This document shows positions 23,431-32,817 of a DNA stretch of 36,004 nt, piece by piece (the stretch's first letter is position 1; every line of letters begins with the position of its first letter). A program made the translations under genes and the position numbers. Location: positions 1-36,004 of the IMG/VR virus record IMGVR_UViG_3300045988_102975; one strand, given 5' to 3'. The notes beneath the pieces were generated by a model. It was not told where the DNA came from, ran no database searches, and worked only from the letters and a program-made list of their open reading frames with translations. This stretch comes from a virus.

Positions 23431-23957
23431 CGGCGGAGTTTTCTATCGAATTGAAGAAAGGCGTGGCGGTGAACATCTTGATTACGCCGCGCCTTTTTGT
23501 TTACAAGGGGCGCGAGGGCGTCACCTTGGAGGCTGACGGGGAAAACATCCCTGCCGTCATGTCGCTTTATGCGGACGTGCTGTATTGCGGTGCGCTGAAC
23601 TGGTGGGAGCTCTCTGGCAAGGATGCGGACGAGTTCGAATACAAACGCATGGACTTCCACGTCTGGGCTGCCGAGCATCCGGACGAGTTCGGGCGAATTG
23701 TCGCAAAGGCCGTGCGGCTGCTGTCAGGAAAGAGCCTTGCGGAGCTGACGGACGAGGCAAAGAAGAAGCAGGACGCAAAAAAAAAATCATTGTGTGGCTG
23801 GATTACGCGGATATTGAGGCGTTTCTGGTGGGGAGGTGCGGCAAGAGTGAGGAAGAAGCGGGATGGGTCAGCATGCGGCAGTACATCCTCTTGCGTGAGG
23901 CGGCGGAACAGGACGAGCGGCGGAAATGGGAGCGTGCAAGGTGGCAGATGTTCCTAG
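23427..23957 (+). CDS. Tail assembly chaperone, G-like frame
   Basis: The first ~120 aa look protein-like. After the A10 run the frame continues as an Arg/Gly/Cys-rich, low-quality sequence. Confidence 0.55.
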   Translation: MTAEFSIELKKGVAVNILITPRLFVYKGREGVTLEADGENIPAVMSLYADVLYCGALNWWELSGKDADEFEYKRMDFHVWAAEHPDEFGRIVAKAVRLLSGKSLAELTDEAKKKQDAKKKSLCGWITRILRRFWWGGAARVRKKRDGSACGSTSSCVRRRNRTSGGNGSVQGGRCS

Positions 23958-24136
23958 CCTTGCAGATGAACCCTTATGTGAAGCAGAAGCCGTCCACGCC
24001 GGCGCTGTGGGTTCCGTTTTCATGGGAGAAGGATGCGGAAGCGGCAAGGGCACAGGAAGGAGACTGGCAAGTATCACGGCACGAACAACTGGAATTGGAC
24101 AGATTGCTGGAAGATTTCATAAAATCGAAAGAATGA
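23427..24136 (+). CDS. Tail assembly chaperone GT-like product via a -1 shift at A10 (23777-23786)
   Basis: The -1 frame after the A run reads KKKIIVWLDYADIEAFLVGRCGKSEEEAGW... (protein-like) and ends 2 nt before the tape measure ATG. Confidence 0.55.
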
Positions 24137-24137
24137 C

Positions 24138-25811
24138 ATGGGAAAGATAGGTGACCTCTGGGTCAAGTTGAAACTCAAATCGGACGAATACAAGAAAGGG
24201 CTGGACGATGCACAAAGCAAGACGCGGTCGTTCTCTGACAAGATAAAGAGCTTGTCCGTCACGGCAAAGGCCATCTGGGGTGCCATCGGCATATCTGCCG
24301 CAAAATTGGCAGGTGACTTCATCAAGTCGTCGCAGACCATTGGCGACGCTTGGGATAAGACAATGACCAGGCTCACGACGAAGTGGCAGGCGGTAGTTGC
24401 CGAGCTCAACCGCTCGCTGGCCGGCTCGGGCACGGAGAGCCTCGGACAACAGCTAGCGAGGGGATTCATGGGGCCTATCTGGGGAACGCTTTTCGGGCCG
24501 AACTCCAAGCGGGCAGGACTTGCCGGCAAGTCATTGTCAGAGGCAAAGGACGCTATGACGGAGATTGAGTACGCCTTCCGGCTGACGATGGCACAAACAG
24601 GCCCGAAACTTCACGAGCTGTACCTCAAGATGATGAACTCTGCGCTCTCGGCTTCGGAAAGGGAGGCAGCTGCAAAGGACTACCGAAAGGAGGTAGAGGA
24701 CATCTACGCGCCGCGCGTGAAAGGAATTAAGGATGTCATGGACAAGACGGCACAGCAATATCTTGCCATCGGCGGCATTTCTCCGGATAAATACAGCACC
24801 GACAAGGTGCTTGAACTCATCAAGATGATGGGGTCGGATCCGGCAAAGGTCGAGCGCGAATATAGTGACTTCTTCGCAGGCTATCAGAGCATTGGCGACG
24901 ACATCTCCGGCAACCTCGTGAACACAATGGAGGCATATTACAATGCCACCAACGAGATGAACGACATCCTGAAGCGTGCCGACCGCACGGCGCAGTCGAT
25001 GGAGAAAACAGGACTTGACGACATCATCAAGAAGCTGGGCGCCGCCAAGGACGGCATGGCGGACTTCCGCGCCCAGGTCGCAGAAGAAGCGGAAGTGATA
25101 GCCGCCGACGAGGAGTTCCAGAAGATGTCCGACCCTCTGGAAGAGTTCGAGCGGACACACGACGAGGCGTTGAGCAACATGACGGAGAAGCAGCGGACAT
25201 TCGCGGAGCTCGCACAGGAATCATACGAGAAGGCAGCACGCGCAGCGTATGATTATGCGCAACAGGAGCAAGAATCAATGAATATCGCTCAAGATGCAGC
25301 CGACACGGCAATGGAAGGACTGGAACAGCTCGAAAAGGCGTCTATTGCTGTTGGCGAATACCTCGGCGATGCTTTTGCAGCGAGCGTCTCGGATAGTTTC
25401 CAAACGCTTACAGACGCTCTCTCAGGCGTTAGCGACCTCGATGCTGGTACGCTTACCACGGCGCTCCTCAAACCGTTTGCGGATATGGCGAAGCAGATGG
25501 GTGAATATCTTGTATCAATGGGAACCGCCATTCTGATTACCAAGAAGCTAGCCATCAAGAATCCTGAATTAATGATAGCGGCAGGTGTTGCACTGACAGC
25601 TCTAGGCGCAGCCCTGTCAAGCGGCATACAGGCAATTTCCAATTCACTCGGCAGTGGCGGCGGTGCGTCATCATCCGCATCGGCAGGATCATCTACTCCA
25701 ACAACCGACAGCAACATCTCCACGGAAATGACAATATACGTGAAGGGCAAGATTTCCGGCAAGGACATACTCATATCGGGCGACAATGCTCGCAGTTATT
25801 ACAGGAGGTAA
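24138..25811 (+). CDS. Tail tape measure protein
   Basis: 557 aa, helical and Ala-rich with a hydrophobic segment near the C-terminus. Canonical position after G/GT. Confidence 0.8.
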   Translation: MGKIGDLWVKLKLKSDEYKKGLDDAQSKTRSFSDKIKSLSVTAKAIWGAIGISAAKLAGDFIKSSQTIGDAWDKTMTRLTTKWQAVVAELNRSLAGSGTESLGQQLARGFMGPIWGTLFGPNSKRAGLAGKSLSEAKDAMTEIEYAFRLTMAQTGPKLHELYLKMMNSALSASEREAAAKDYRKEVEDIYAPRVKGIKDVMDKTAQQYLAIGGISPDKYSTDKVLELIKMMGSDPAKVEREYSDFFAGYQSIGDDISGNLVNTMEAYYNATNEMNDILKRADRTAQSMEKTGLDDIIKKLGAAKDGMADFRAQVAEEAEVIAADEEFQKMSDPLEEFERTHDEALSNMTEKQRTFAELAQESYEKAARAAYDYAQQEQESMNIAQDAADTAMEGLEQLEKASIAVGEYLGDAFAASVSDSFQTLTDALSGVSDLDAGTLTTALLKPFADMAKQMGEYLVSMGTAILITKKLAIKNPELMIAAGVALTALGAALSSGIQAISNSLGSGGGASSSASAGSSTPTTDSNISTEMTIYVKGKISGKDILISGDNARSYYRR

Positions 25812-25812
25812 C

Positions 25813-28101
25813 ATGGCAGAATATGGACTTAAATATGTGGCGAATTTTGACAGCCGAAAGGAAGCCGGCGCAAAGGCATTCACCTTGGAGATATGGCAGA
25901 AGGATCTGCCGCAATCATTCGAGGCGAAGACTATCCGCGCATGGCGAGGGCTGACGCTTGAGGTCGACGGAGACGACGACCCTGTCTCTCCTGTTCAGAA
26001 GACCATCGTGAATTTTACGCTCGTGGACGCGCCGGAGATTGCGGACGCGGCGACGGAGAAGTCTGGAGACTGGCAGGAGTTCTTCACGCCTGACAGCACA
26101 ATGTATAAGGTTATCATCAAGCAAGGGATGCAATTCTTGTGGAGCGGGTTCATAACGCCCGACAACTGGCAGGAATCGCTGGACTATCGCGGTGCGGTGA
26201 CCATTACCGCGCGCGACAACATCGGCCATCTCCAGGACTTCGATTTCGACCTTCAGGGAGACAATGCCGGCACGGCAACGATTGCCAACCTGCTGAAGGC
26301 GGCAATCGACAAGATAGACTTCCAGATGGCTATATATTACCTTCTCGGCGAGTGGGAGTATCAGTCAGCTCACAAGTGGATATTATACGACAATTCGGAA
26401 TTGGCGGACTTCCGCGTGAATGTGTCGCAGTTCGAAGGAAAGAACTGGTACGATGTCTTGGAATCAGTCTTGTCCTCGTTGGGCCTGTTTATCCGTTACA
26501 CAGGGAACAACCAGTACGTTGTGAGCCATCTGCGGTACTTGCCGTGGCTCGGGAATCCGACACAGCAGAGCACTGATGTGCAGGATGTCGTTTTCCTCGG
26601 CGGCGGCACCCGCACTTACAAGCCGGCGTATAAGCGGATAGTCGAGAATGTGAAGTATGACTTCAACGAAGAGGCACAATATGACGCAGCGGACGGCCTG
26701 TCATTGGAAGCAGCTACTGACACATACACGACCAACATCTCCGTAATGATTCAGGAGCGTCCTGCGACATACGCGCAGATAACAGGTGCTATAACCAAGA
26801 ACACCAATGCTGCCGCTAAAGGCTGGCAAACAGGTAACGGCTTCGGGCCATTGACTGGCAGGACATCATCCGAGTTGGACCTTGACCACGTAGCGCTATT
26901 GGCCGCCAACGAGAAAACCGCGTCAAGAGTGTTCGTCTACAACATCGACACATTGCTGGCCGGCATGAACGGCACGCTGGAGCTGCAATTCGCAGAAAGT
27001 CCTGCGATATATGCACAGCGAAGGGGGCGACAACCTGAATATGTGCTGCTGACACATTCTACGACTGGAGAAAGCGGTGGAATGACGGAAAGAAAAGAAT
27101 TCACTCCGCACCTGTCGTCGCTCAAGTATGCGCTGATATTCACGACTTTGGACGGCACAAAATATTATAAGACAGAAACGAGCTGGCAGCAGGGGAGCAA
27201 GATTCTTGAATATAACGAAAATCAGAATGCCGGCTCCATATCTTTCAATCTCGAGGATTCGTCCACCCTCATCGGGCAGACTCTGATGCGCACGGCCGGC
27301 CGCCTGCGTCTTGTCCTGTCGGAGATATACTTCGATGTCGGAGATGCTAACGTGTTATTGACGCCTCAAGGCTGCGGTGTATATATGGCTGTCACCGGCA
27401 TTTCCCTGAAGGCCGAAGCTGTCGGCAAACTGGAGTCAGACACGACCACGACAATCAACAATGACCATTACAACGTGACGGAAACGCGCTCTCCGGACAT
27501 AGGGTTCCTGAGCCGTGACGTGGTTTGGCAAACGTCGCAGAACTACGGCAACGCCGTGTATTATGCGAACAGCGAGGGGCTCGTCGCGCCTGTCCTGTAT
27601 CGCGTCACCTGGGATGGCGTGACTTCTCCGTTTCCGGTGTTCATTCACAAGCAGATCCTCCAATACCACCGCGAGCCGATGCAGATGCTGGAGGGTGACT
27701 GCATGCCTTCGCCGGCAGGAGTATGGAACTACAATGCCGTCGTCAGATACAAGGGGCATAAATTCCTGTTGCAGGGCGGCACGTATGACTTCGTTTCGGG
27801 CATCATGTCCGGAGTGCGGCTCCACGAGTTCGAGCAGTACGACGACATCTGGAGCGAGGATGCACCGGAAGTGGGCGGCGTGTGGTCCGTGACGCTGGAG
27901 GCGGTTGGCCCGAACAAGATGCAAGTCATACATGCCCTGGTCGACAGCGCCGGCATTGCCTTAAAGGACGCAAAGACCATTGCGGACAATGCGCCTTCAC
28001 TGGTAGGCAATAATTACACCCATGCTGAAGCACAGAGCATCCAGAAAGCGATAGCGGCGGCCGGAGGTACGGCCACCATTGCAGAAGTGACTACTAACTA
28101 A
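25813..28101 (+). CDS. Large tail-tip/baseplate protein with a C-terminal ribosomal L7/L12-CTD-like domain
   Basis: 763 aa from the ATG preceded by AGGAGGT. First gene after the tape measure. The last ~70 aa align by eye with the bL12 C-terminal domain. Confidence 0.7.
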   Translation: MAEYGLKYVANFDSRKEAGAKAFTLEIWQKDLPQSFEAKTIRAWRGLTLEVDGDDDPVSPVQKTIVNFTLVDAPEIADAATEKSGDWQEFFTPDSTMYKVIIKQGMQFLWSGFITPDNWQESLDYRGAVTITARDNIGHLQDFDFDLQGDNAGTATIANLLKAAIDKIDFQMAIYYLLGEWEYQSAHKWILYDNSELADFRVNVSQFEGKNWYDVLESVLSSLGLFIRYTGNNQYVVSHLRYLPWLGNPTQQSTDVQDVVFLGGGTRTYKPAYKRIVENVKYDFNEEAQYDAADGLSLEAATDTYTTNISVMIQERPATYAQITGAITKNTNAAAKGWQTGNGFGPLTGRTSSELDLDHVALLAANEKTASRVFVYNIDTLLAGMNGTLELQFAESPAIYAQRRGRQPEYVLLTHSTTGESGGMTERKEFTPHLSSLKYALIFTTLDGTKYYKTETSWQQGSKILEYNENQNAGSISFNLEDSSTLIGQTLMRTAGRLRLVLSEIYFDVGDANVLLTPQGCGVYMAVTGISLKAEAVGKLESDTTTTINNDHYNVTETRSPDIGFLSRDVVWQTSQNYGNAVYYANSEGLVAPVLYRVTWDGVTSPFPVFIHKQILQYHREPMQMLEGDCMPSPAGVWNYNAVVRYKGHKFLLQGGTYDFVSGIMSGVRLHEFEQYDDIWSEDAPEVGGVWSVTLEAVGPNKMQVIHALVDSAGIALKDAKTIADNAPSLVGNNYTHAEAQSIQKAIAAAGGTATIAEVTTN

Positions 28102-28116
28102 TTAATTATCATAATC

Positions 28117-30993
28117 ATGACAGCATTAAAGAAAATACGAATCGGCACGGACGCCATCATTGCCCTGTCGGTCAACATATCCGGCAAGCCGGTGACATGG
28201 AGCGAGGGCGACATCCGTCACGTGTACGCCTTCTCGGACGTCCAGGGCCAGCCAGTGGCGGAAATGTCCCACAAGGCTGAAGGGCAGACGCTGCGCTGCA
28301 CATACGCGGCAAAAGACCAGAATTATACAGGACCTTTCCGTGTTATCGTCGAGTTCGCGGACGGCAAGGCGTTCTCTTCGTCGCTTGACGTTCCGGCATT
28401 CGAGATCGTCAGAACTACGGAAGAAGCGGATGCCGACACTGGAGAGGTCGTCCTGGACATTGACGGCACTATGCGCTTCTATTCATTATCCGAGGCAATC
28501 GCCAAGATAGAGGCTGCGACAAAAGCGGCCACCGATGCGGCAGCGGCAGCTGACAGGTCTGCCGGCAATGCGGACGCGAAAGCCACGGCGGCCAACGAGG
28601 CGGCGGTGAAGGCCAATGCGGCAGCAAAGGCGGCAGGAGCGACGAACACTAGCATCGCAGAGGCAGAGGAGCAGCGCGTCAATGCTGAAAACGCACGAAA
28701 AGAGGCTGAACTGGCACGTGCGGACGCGGAGAAGGCAAGAGCTTCGGCAGAGGACAAACGCACCGAGACGGAAGCCAAAAGGGCGGAAGCAGAAGCCCAG
28801 AGAGCCGCCGGCGAGCAGTCTCGTGTGAACGCCGAAACTGGCCGTGTGAATGCTGAATCTGCCAGGGTGACGGCGGAAAGCGCAAGAGCCAATGCTGAAG
28901 CGACAAGAGCGGCAAACGAGGAGCAGCGGAAGAAGAACGAGAGCGAAAGGACATCGGCAGAGGCTGGCCGCGTGGAAGCGGAAAAAGGAAGGGTAACAGA
29001 AGAATCTACACGTGTGGCAGAGTTCGCACGCCTAAAAAAAGAATCAGAGACGGCAACCAAGAACGCCACCGATGCGGCAGCGGAGGCTAAAGAAGTGTCC
29101 TCCGGCGTCGCAGCGCTTGAGCGCGACCTCGGCCAGTACGCGGAGCTTCCGTCTGTAGCTATGACGGCGGAGACTACAGGCAAGTATATCAATGCAGAAG
29201 GCGAGTTCGTGGACGACGCGGACTTCAACATCGCGGCTATCGGTGCGGTGGTGGTAGGCAACACCTACGAGCTGTACATGGGCGGAGCCGACAAGATGAA
29301 GCTGGGCGTGGCTCTATTCGTCGCACGAATCAAGACAACGACTACATCCGGCACTGAAAGGATTGAATACGTGCCGCTGTTCTCGGCAATGAGCACTGAC
29401 ATCCCTACAAGCGGATATGTCTGCTTCGAGGCAATGGAGGCTTACTCCGACGTGCTCGTCTGCTATCGTGCCGACGTGCCGGAGGCTGCGACGCTGCTTG
29501 TTCGCCGCTATGGAACGAAGGCGTCTATCGCCACGCAAATCAACAACCTGCGGAAAAAGGTCGACCTCAAGTCATTCGCAGACGGCTACTACGAATCAAT
29601 GCGTGTCGGAACTGCTGACAACCTCACATCCAAGGGTGATGCTACGGAGGAAGTCATCATGTCGCGCAAGGCAGGAGGAGACAACCAGATAGAGGACGGA
29701 AGCGCGAGCATCAAGAGGATAAAGGGGAACTCTTTTGTTCTGAATCAAGCAATTGGTTCAGATACACCATGGTATCCTGTTTATGGAACAATGACAAAAA
29801 CAGGTATCAGCATTAGTTATACGTATGGTACTGTAGGAATACAAGACTTTAACCAGAATCGTATTGCTGTTAACTTATTTATTAGCGACGCACATAAATA
29901 TCTGATTTATTTCCAACTGACAACTTCAAAGGAAGGGAAATCTCTCATCGGTGGTTCCTTAATTGATGCCAAAACAACTGAGCAGGCATATACAGCAACT
30001 ATAGGTATTAATAAAATTGCTGCAATTTTAACTGCCATAGGAACAGGAAAAACAGACCTTAGACTGGGTTTTCCTGCAAATAATACCATAAATGTAGGTG
30101 ACACTGTTTCGATTGAGGATATTATGCTCTTAGACCTCACCCAAATGTTCGGCATCGGCAACGAGCCAACGACCCCTGACGACTTTGCCAAGCGCCTTGG
30201 CTATTCAAGCATCGACGACGTACCGTATATCCCTTACAACAAGGGAGAAATCGTGTCGTCATTCGCGGAGGGAATCAAGACCACCGACACGGAGGGCAAA
30301 GTCAGTGAGAGGAAGTGGAGCAAGACTTTGAAGAAGTATTTCCCTGATGGGCTAAAATCGGTAATTTCCGTATATGACGAGATTACGCCGACGAAGGCTG
30401 TCAAAAGAGTGTCATCTATCCGTTTTATTGATATTAGATGGCTGGGCTATACCATAAGTTCAACAGGTCTCTCATTCTTTTATGGAAAAATTCCAGGCGG
30501 GCAGCAAGGATTGGCGTTGTGCGACAAATATCCTACACGAATAAGATTGGACGTATCAAAACAAAGTGATTGTTACATTACGACAGGCGGTTATATTGGT
30601 CCCGCTGCGACTATAATTATAGTTGACCAATCATTTGCTTCTTTAGATGATTTTATAAATGCGCGAAAAGACAGCATTATACATTATATCTTGGAATCAC
30701 CGGAAGAGACAGCCTACGACGAACTGAACCTCACGGAACAGGTCGCTGAAGGCGGAATGGAGGAGGCGATAATCACCGACGGCAAGACATCCACGCCTAT
30801 GCGTGCTGACATCGTCTATCCTATCGACGCGTACAATACCATCAAGGCGAACAAGACGAACATCGGCACATTGTCGAGCTTGAACACCGCAAGCAAGACT
30901 GACCTCGTGTCGGCAATCAACGAACTTGCAGGCAAGGTCGGAGCGCTTGAGGCAAAGGCAACGGAATCAGTAACCAACAAAACAACGGAATAA
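28117..30993 (+). CDS. Tail fibre / receptor-binding protein
   Basis: 958 aa. N-terminal beta domain, a ~170-aa Ala/Glu/Arg repeat coiled coil (xAExxRxxAE periodicity), then a compositionally mosaic C-terminal half. Confidence 0.7.
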   Translation: MTALKKIRIGTDAIIALSVNISGKPVTWSEGDIRHVYAFSDVQGQPVAEMSHKAEGQTLRCTYAAKDQNYTGPFRVIVEFADGKAFSSSLDVPAFEIVRTTEEADADTGEVVLDIDGTMRFYSLSEAIAKIEAATKAATDAAAAADRSAGNADAKATAANEAAVKANAAAKAAGATNTSIAEAEEQRVNAENARKEAELARADAEKARASAEDKRTETEAKRAEAEAQRAAGEQSRVNAETGRVNAESARVTAESARANAEATRAANEEQRKKNESERTSAEAGRVEAEKGRVTEESTRVAEFARLKKESETATKNATDAAAEAKEVSSGVAALERDLGQYAELPSVAMTAETTGKYINAEGEFVDDADFNIAAIGAVVVGNTYELYMGGADKMKLGVALFVARIKTTTTSGTERIEYVPLFSAMSTDIPTSGYVCFEAMEAYSDVLVCYRADVPEAATLLVRRYGTKASIATQINNLRKKVDLKSFADGYYESMRVGTADNLTSKGDATEEVIMSRKAGGDNQIEDGSASIKRIKGNSFVLNQAIGSDTPWYPVYGTMTKTGISISYTYGTVGIQDFNQNRIAVNLFISDAHKYLIYFQLTTSKEGKSLIGGSLIDAKTTEQAYTATIGINKIAAILTAIGTGKTDLRLGFPANNTINVGDTVSIEDIMLLDLTQMFGIGNEPTTPDDFAKRLGYSSIDDVPYIPYNKGEIVSSFAEGIKTTDTEGKVSERKWSKTLKKYFPDGLKSVISVYDEITPTKAVKRVSSIRFIDIRWLGYTISSTGLSFFYGKIPGGQQGLALCDKYPTRIRLDVSKQSDCYITTGGYIGPAATIIIVDQSFASLDDFINARKDSIIHYILESPEETAYDELNLTEQVAEGGMEEAIITDGKTSTPMRADIVYPIDAYNTIKANKTNIGTLSSLNTASKTDLVSAINELAGKVGALEAKATESVTNKTTE

Positions 30994-30995
30994 TT

Positions 30996-31154
30996 ATGAA
31001 CAGGATGAACATTGAAGGAGTGAGGGAGGGCTATGTGAGGCTCTCCTCACCTAACGGAATAGTCGACACGCGCAACGGCGATATTTTCGCGGAAGTAATC
31101 GTGAAGGCAAAGAGCGCGAAGTGGTTCAAGGAGGTAGAGGACAAGGAGGGATAA
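30996..31154 (+). CDS. Hypothetical small protein (52 aa, below the ORF-track cutoff)
   Basis: My own translation is MNRMNIEGVREGYVRLSSPNGIVDTRNG... It fills the gap before the holin gene. Confidence 0.35.
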   Translation: MNRMNIEGVREGYVRLSSPNGIVDTRNGDIFAEVIVKAKSAKWFKEVEDKEG

Positions 31155-31155
31155 G

Positions 31156-31623
31156 ATGGACGATATTATCACAACACTGAATCTCCCTGACGGAATGTGC
31201 AGGGGGATTATGATAGCCTTCATGCTCTGCGTGCTCGTTTGTGCTGCGGCGCTGATTGACATGTGGACAGGCATAGACGCAGCAAAGGCGAACAAGGAAA
31301 AGATAATGAGCCACGGATTGCGAAAGACCATCCGAAAGATTATCGACTATCTGCGGATAGTGTACTTCTTCCTGCTCATTGACATCTTGGGCGCTGTGTT
31401 CGTATGGTACAACCTGCCGTACTGCGCGATTCTTGCGACGCTGGGCGTTCTTCTCATTGAAGGGCGCTCCGTCATTGAGAACTCGCGGAAGAAGCAGAGC
31501 GCGGCTGGCAGAGTGGTGGATGCTGTTCAGGAGATTATCTCGTGCGTGGACAGCGAAAAGGCTCAAAGGATTATCGAGATGATTAAGGAAGAGCCGAAGC
31601 ACGGCATCGAAAAAAAGGAGTAA
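31156..31623 (+). CDS. Holin
   Basis: 155 aa with 3 hydrophobic helices. LIDMWTGIDAAKA and EGRSVIENS motifs typical of a widespread phage holin family. Lies upstream of the endolysin gene. Confidence 0.7.
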   Translation: MDDIITTLNLPDGMCRGIMIAFMLCVLVCAAALIDMWTGIDAAKANKEKIMSHGLRKTIRKIIDYLRIVYFFLLIDILGAVFVWYNLPYCAILATLGVLLIEGRSVIENSRKKQSAAGRVVDAVQEIISCVDSEKAQRIIEMIKEEPKHGIEKKE

Positions 31624-31628
31624 GTGAG

Positions 31629-32264
31629 ATGGAGATTACATGTGACACATTGCGGAAGATATACCCGCAGTCGAAGAGCATTGCAAGATATTGCGAAGCT
31701 CTGCACCAAGCCATGGCGGAATGCGGCATCGACACGGCTGCAAGGGCGCGTGCCTTCCTTGCACAGATAGGACACGAATCTGCGCAACTGAATCGCGTCG
31801 AGGAGAACTTGAACTACTCCGCGCAGGCATTGCGGACGGTCTTTCCTAGGTATTTCCGCACTCCGCAGGAGGCAAGCTCATACGCGCATCATCCGGAGAG
31901 GATAGCCAACCGCGTCTATGCAGAACGCATGGGCAACGGAAGCGAGGAGAGCGGTGACGGGTGGAAGTACAGAGGCCGCGGCCTGATTCAGATTACAGGA
32001 CGCGACAACTACGTGTCTATGTCGTCGCTGATGGGAAAGGACTTGACGGTCTGGCCCGATGCCCTGCTGATGCCTTTGTATGCCTGCCGCTCCGCTGCAT
32101 TATGGTGGAAGGCACACGGCCTTAATGCCCTTGCGGACAGACTATCGGGAGCCGGAGAGCGCAAGATCTTCGGGGCAATCACCAAGTGCGTGAACGGAGG
32201 ACTGAACGGCATTGACGACAGGTGGGCGATTTACCAAAGGGCGAAAAATAGTATTGTAGTCTAA
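31629..32264 (+). CDS. Endolysin, glycoside hydrolase family 19 (chitinase-like)
   Basis: 211 aa. AFLAQIGHESAQL, YRGRGLIQITGRDNY and INGGLNG motifs. Confidence 0.88.
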   Translation: MEITCDTLRKIYPQSKSIARYCEALHQAMAECGIDTAARARAFLAQIGHESAQLNRVEENLNYSAQALRTVFPRYFRTPQEASSYAHHPERIANRVYAERMGNGSEESGDGWKYRGRGLIQITGRDNYVSMSSLMGKDLTVWPDALLMPLYACRSAALWWKAHGLNALADRLSGAGERKIFGAITKCVNGGLNGIDDRWAIYQRAKNSIVV

Positions 32265-32278
32265 ATTGTAGTATAGGA

Positions 32279-32686
32279 ATGAAACGAATAATATTATTAG
32301 GCCTTGTTGTTTTGCTGCTCTGCTCGTGCGGAGCGGCAAGAGTGCAGACGCAGACGATATACGTCCGCGATACTACCTATATCAGCAAGGTGCAGGTCGA
32401 TTCGGTCTACAAGCGAGATTCTGTCTTCGTCAAAGAGAAAGGCGACACGATTTACAAGTATGTCGAGAGATACCTCGACAGGTACAAGTTCCTACGCGAC
32501 ACTATCTACCGCTACAAGGTAGATTCAGTCTATGTCGACAAGGAGCGCGTGGTCAAGGTTGAGAAACAACTGACGGCTTGGCAGCGGTTTAAGATGCGCG
32601 GCTTCTGGGTATTATTAGCCGCTATGGCGTGTTGGATAGCTTGGAAGAATAAGGCGCGCATTTTAGCCTTAATATTGCGGAGATAG
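32279..32686 (+). CDS. Lipoprotein with a C-terminal TM helix: unimolecular spanin candidate
   Basis: 135 aa. Lipobox-like LLLCSCG, a beta-rich repeat body (DSVY/DTIY) and the C-terminal TM segment FWVLLAAMACWIAW. Directly follows the endolysin gene. Confidence 0.5.
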   Translation: MKRIILLGLVVLLLCSCGAARVQTQTIYVRDTTYISKVQVDSVYKRDSVFVKEKGDTIYKYVERYLDRYKFLRDTIYRYKVDSVYVDKERVVKVEKQLTAWQRFKMRGFWVLLAAMACWIAWKNKARILALILRR

Positions 32687-32758
32687 ACACTATAAGGGCA
32701 AAAAAATGCCCCTGACTTGCAACTGCAAGATTCTAATAAGTAACCAGCTCAATAAGAA

Positions 32759-32817
32759 AACCCACAGGCACATTTACAGGGGCAAAGTTAAATGCCTCAT
32801 GTTTGTGCTTGTGGGTT
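32759..32817. other. Long two-tier hairpin in the 190-bp gap after the lysis cassette
   Basis: 13-bp outer stem AACCCACAGGCAC / GTGCTTGTGGGTT (one G.U pair) enclosing the inner stem GGGGCA/TGCCTC. Confidence 0.5.

Noticed and set aside
28479-29264. 261-aa minus-strand ORF rich in Ala/Ser.
   Set aside because: It is the mirror image of the Ala/Glu/Arg repeat region of the tail fibre gene. Low-complexity sequence, no start context, and the plus-strand reading is clearly the real one.
25813-30993. A diversity-generating retroelement (template/variable repeat pair) acting on the tail proteins.
   Set aside because: No reverse-transcriptase-like ORF exists anywhere in the window. I also saw no roughly 100-bp near-duplicate of any tail-gene 3' segment.
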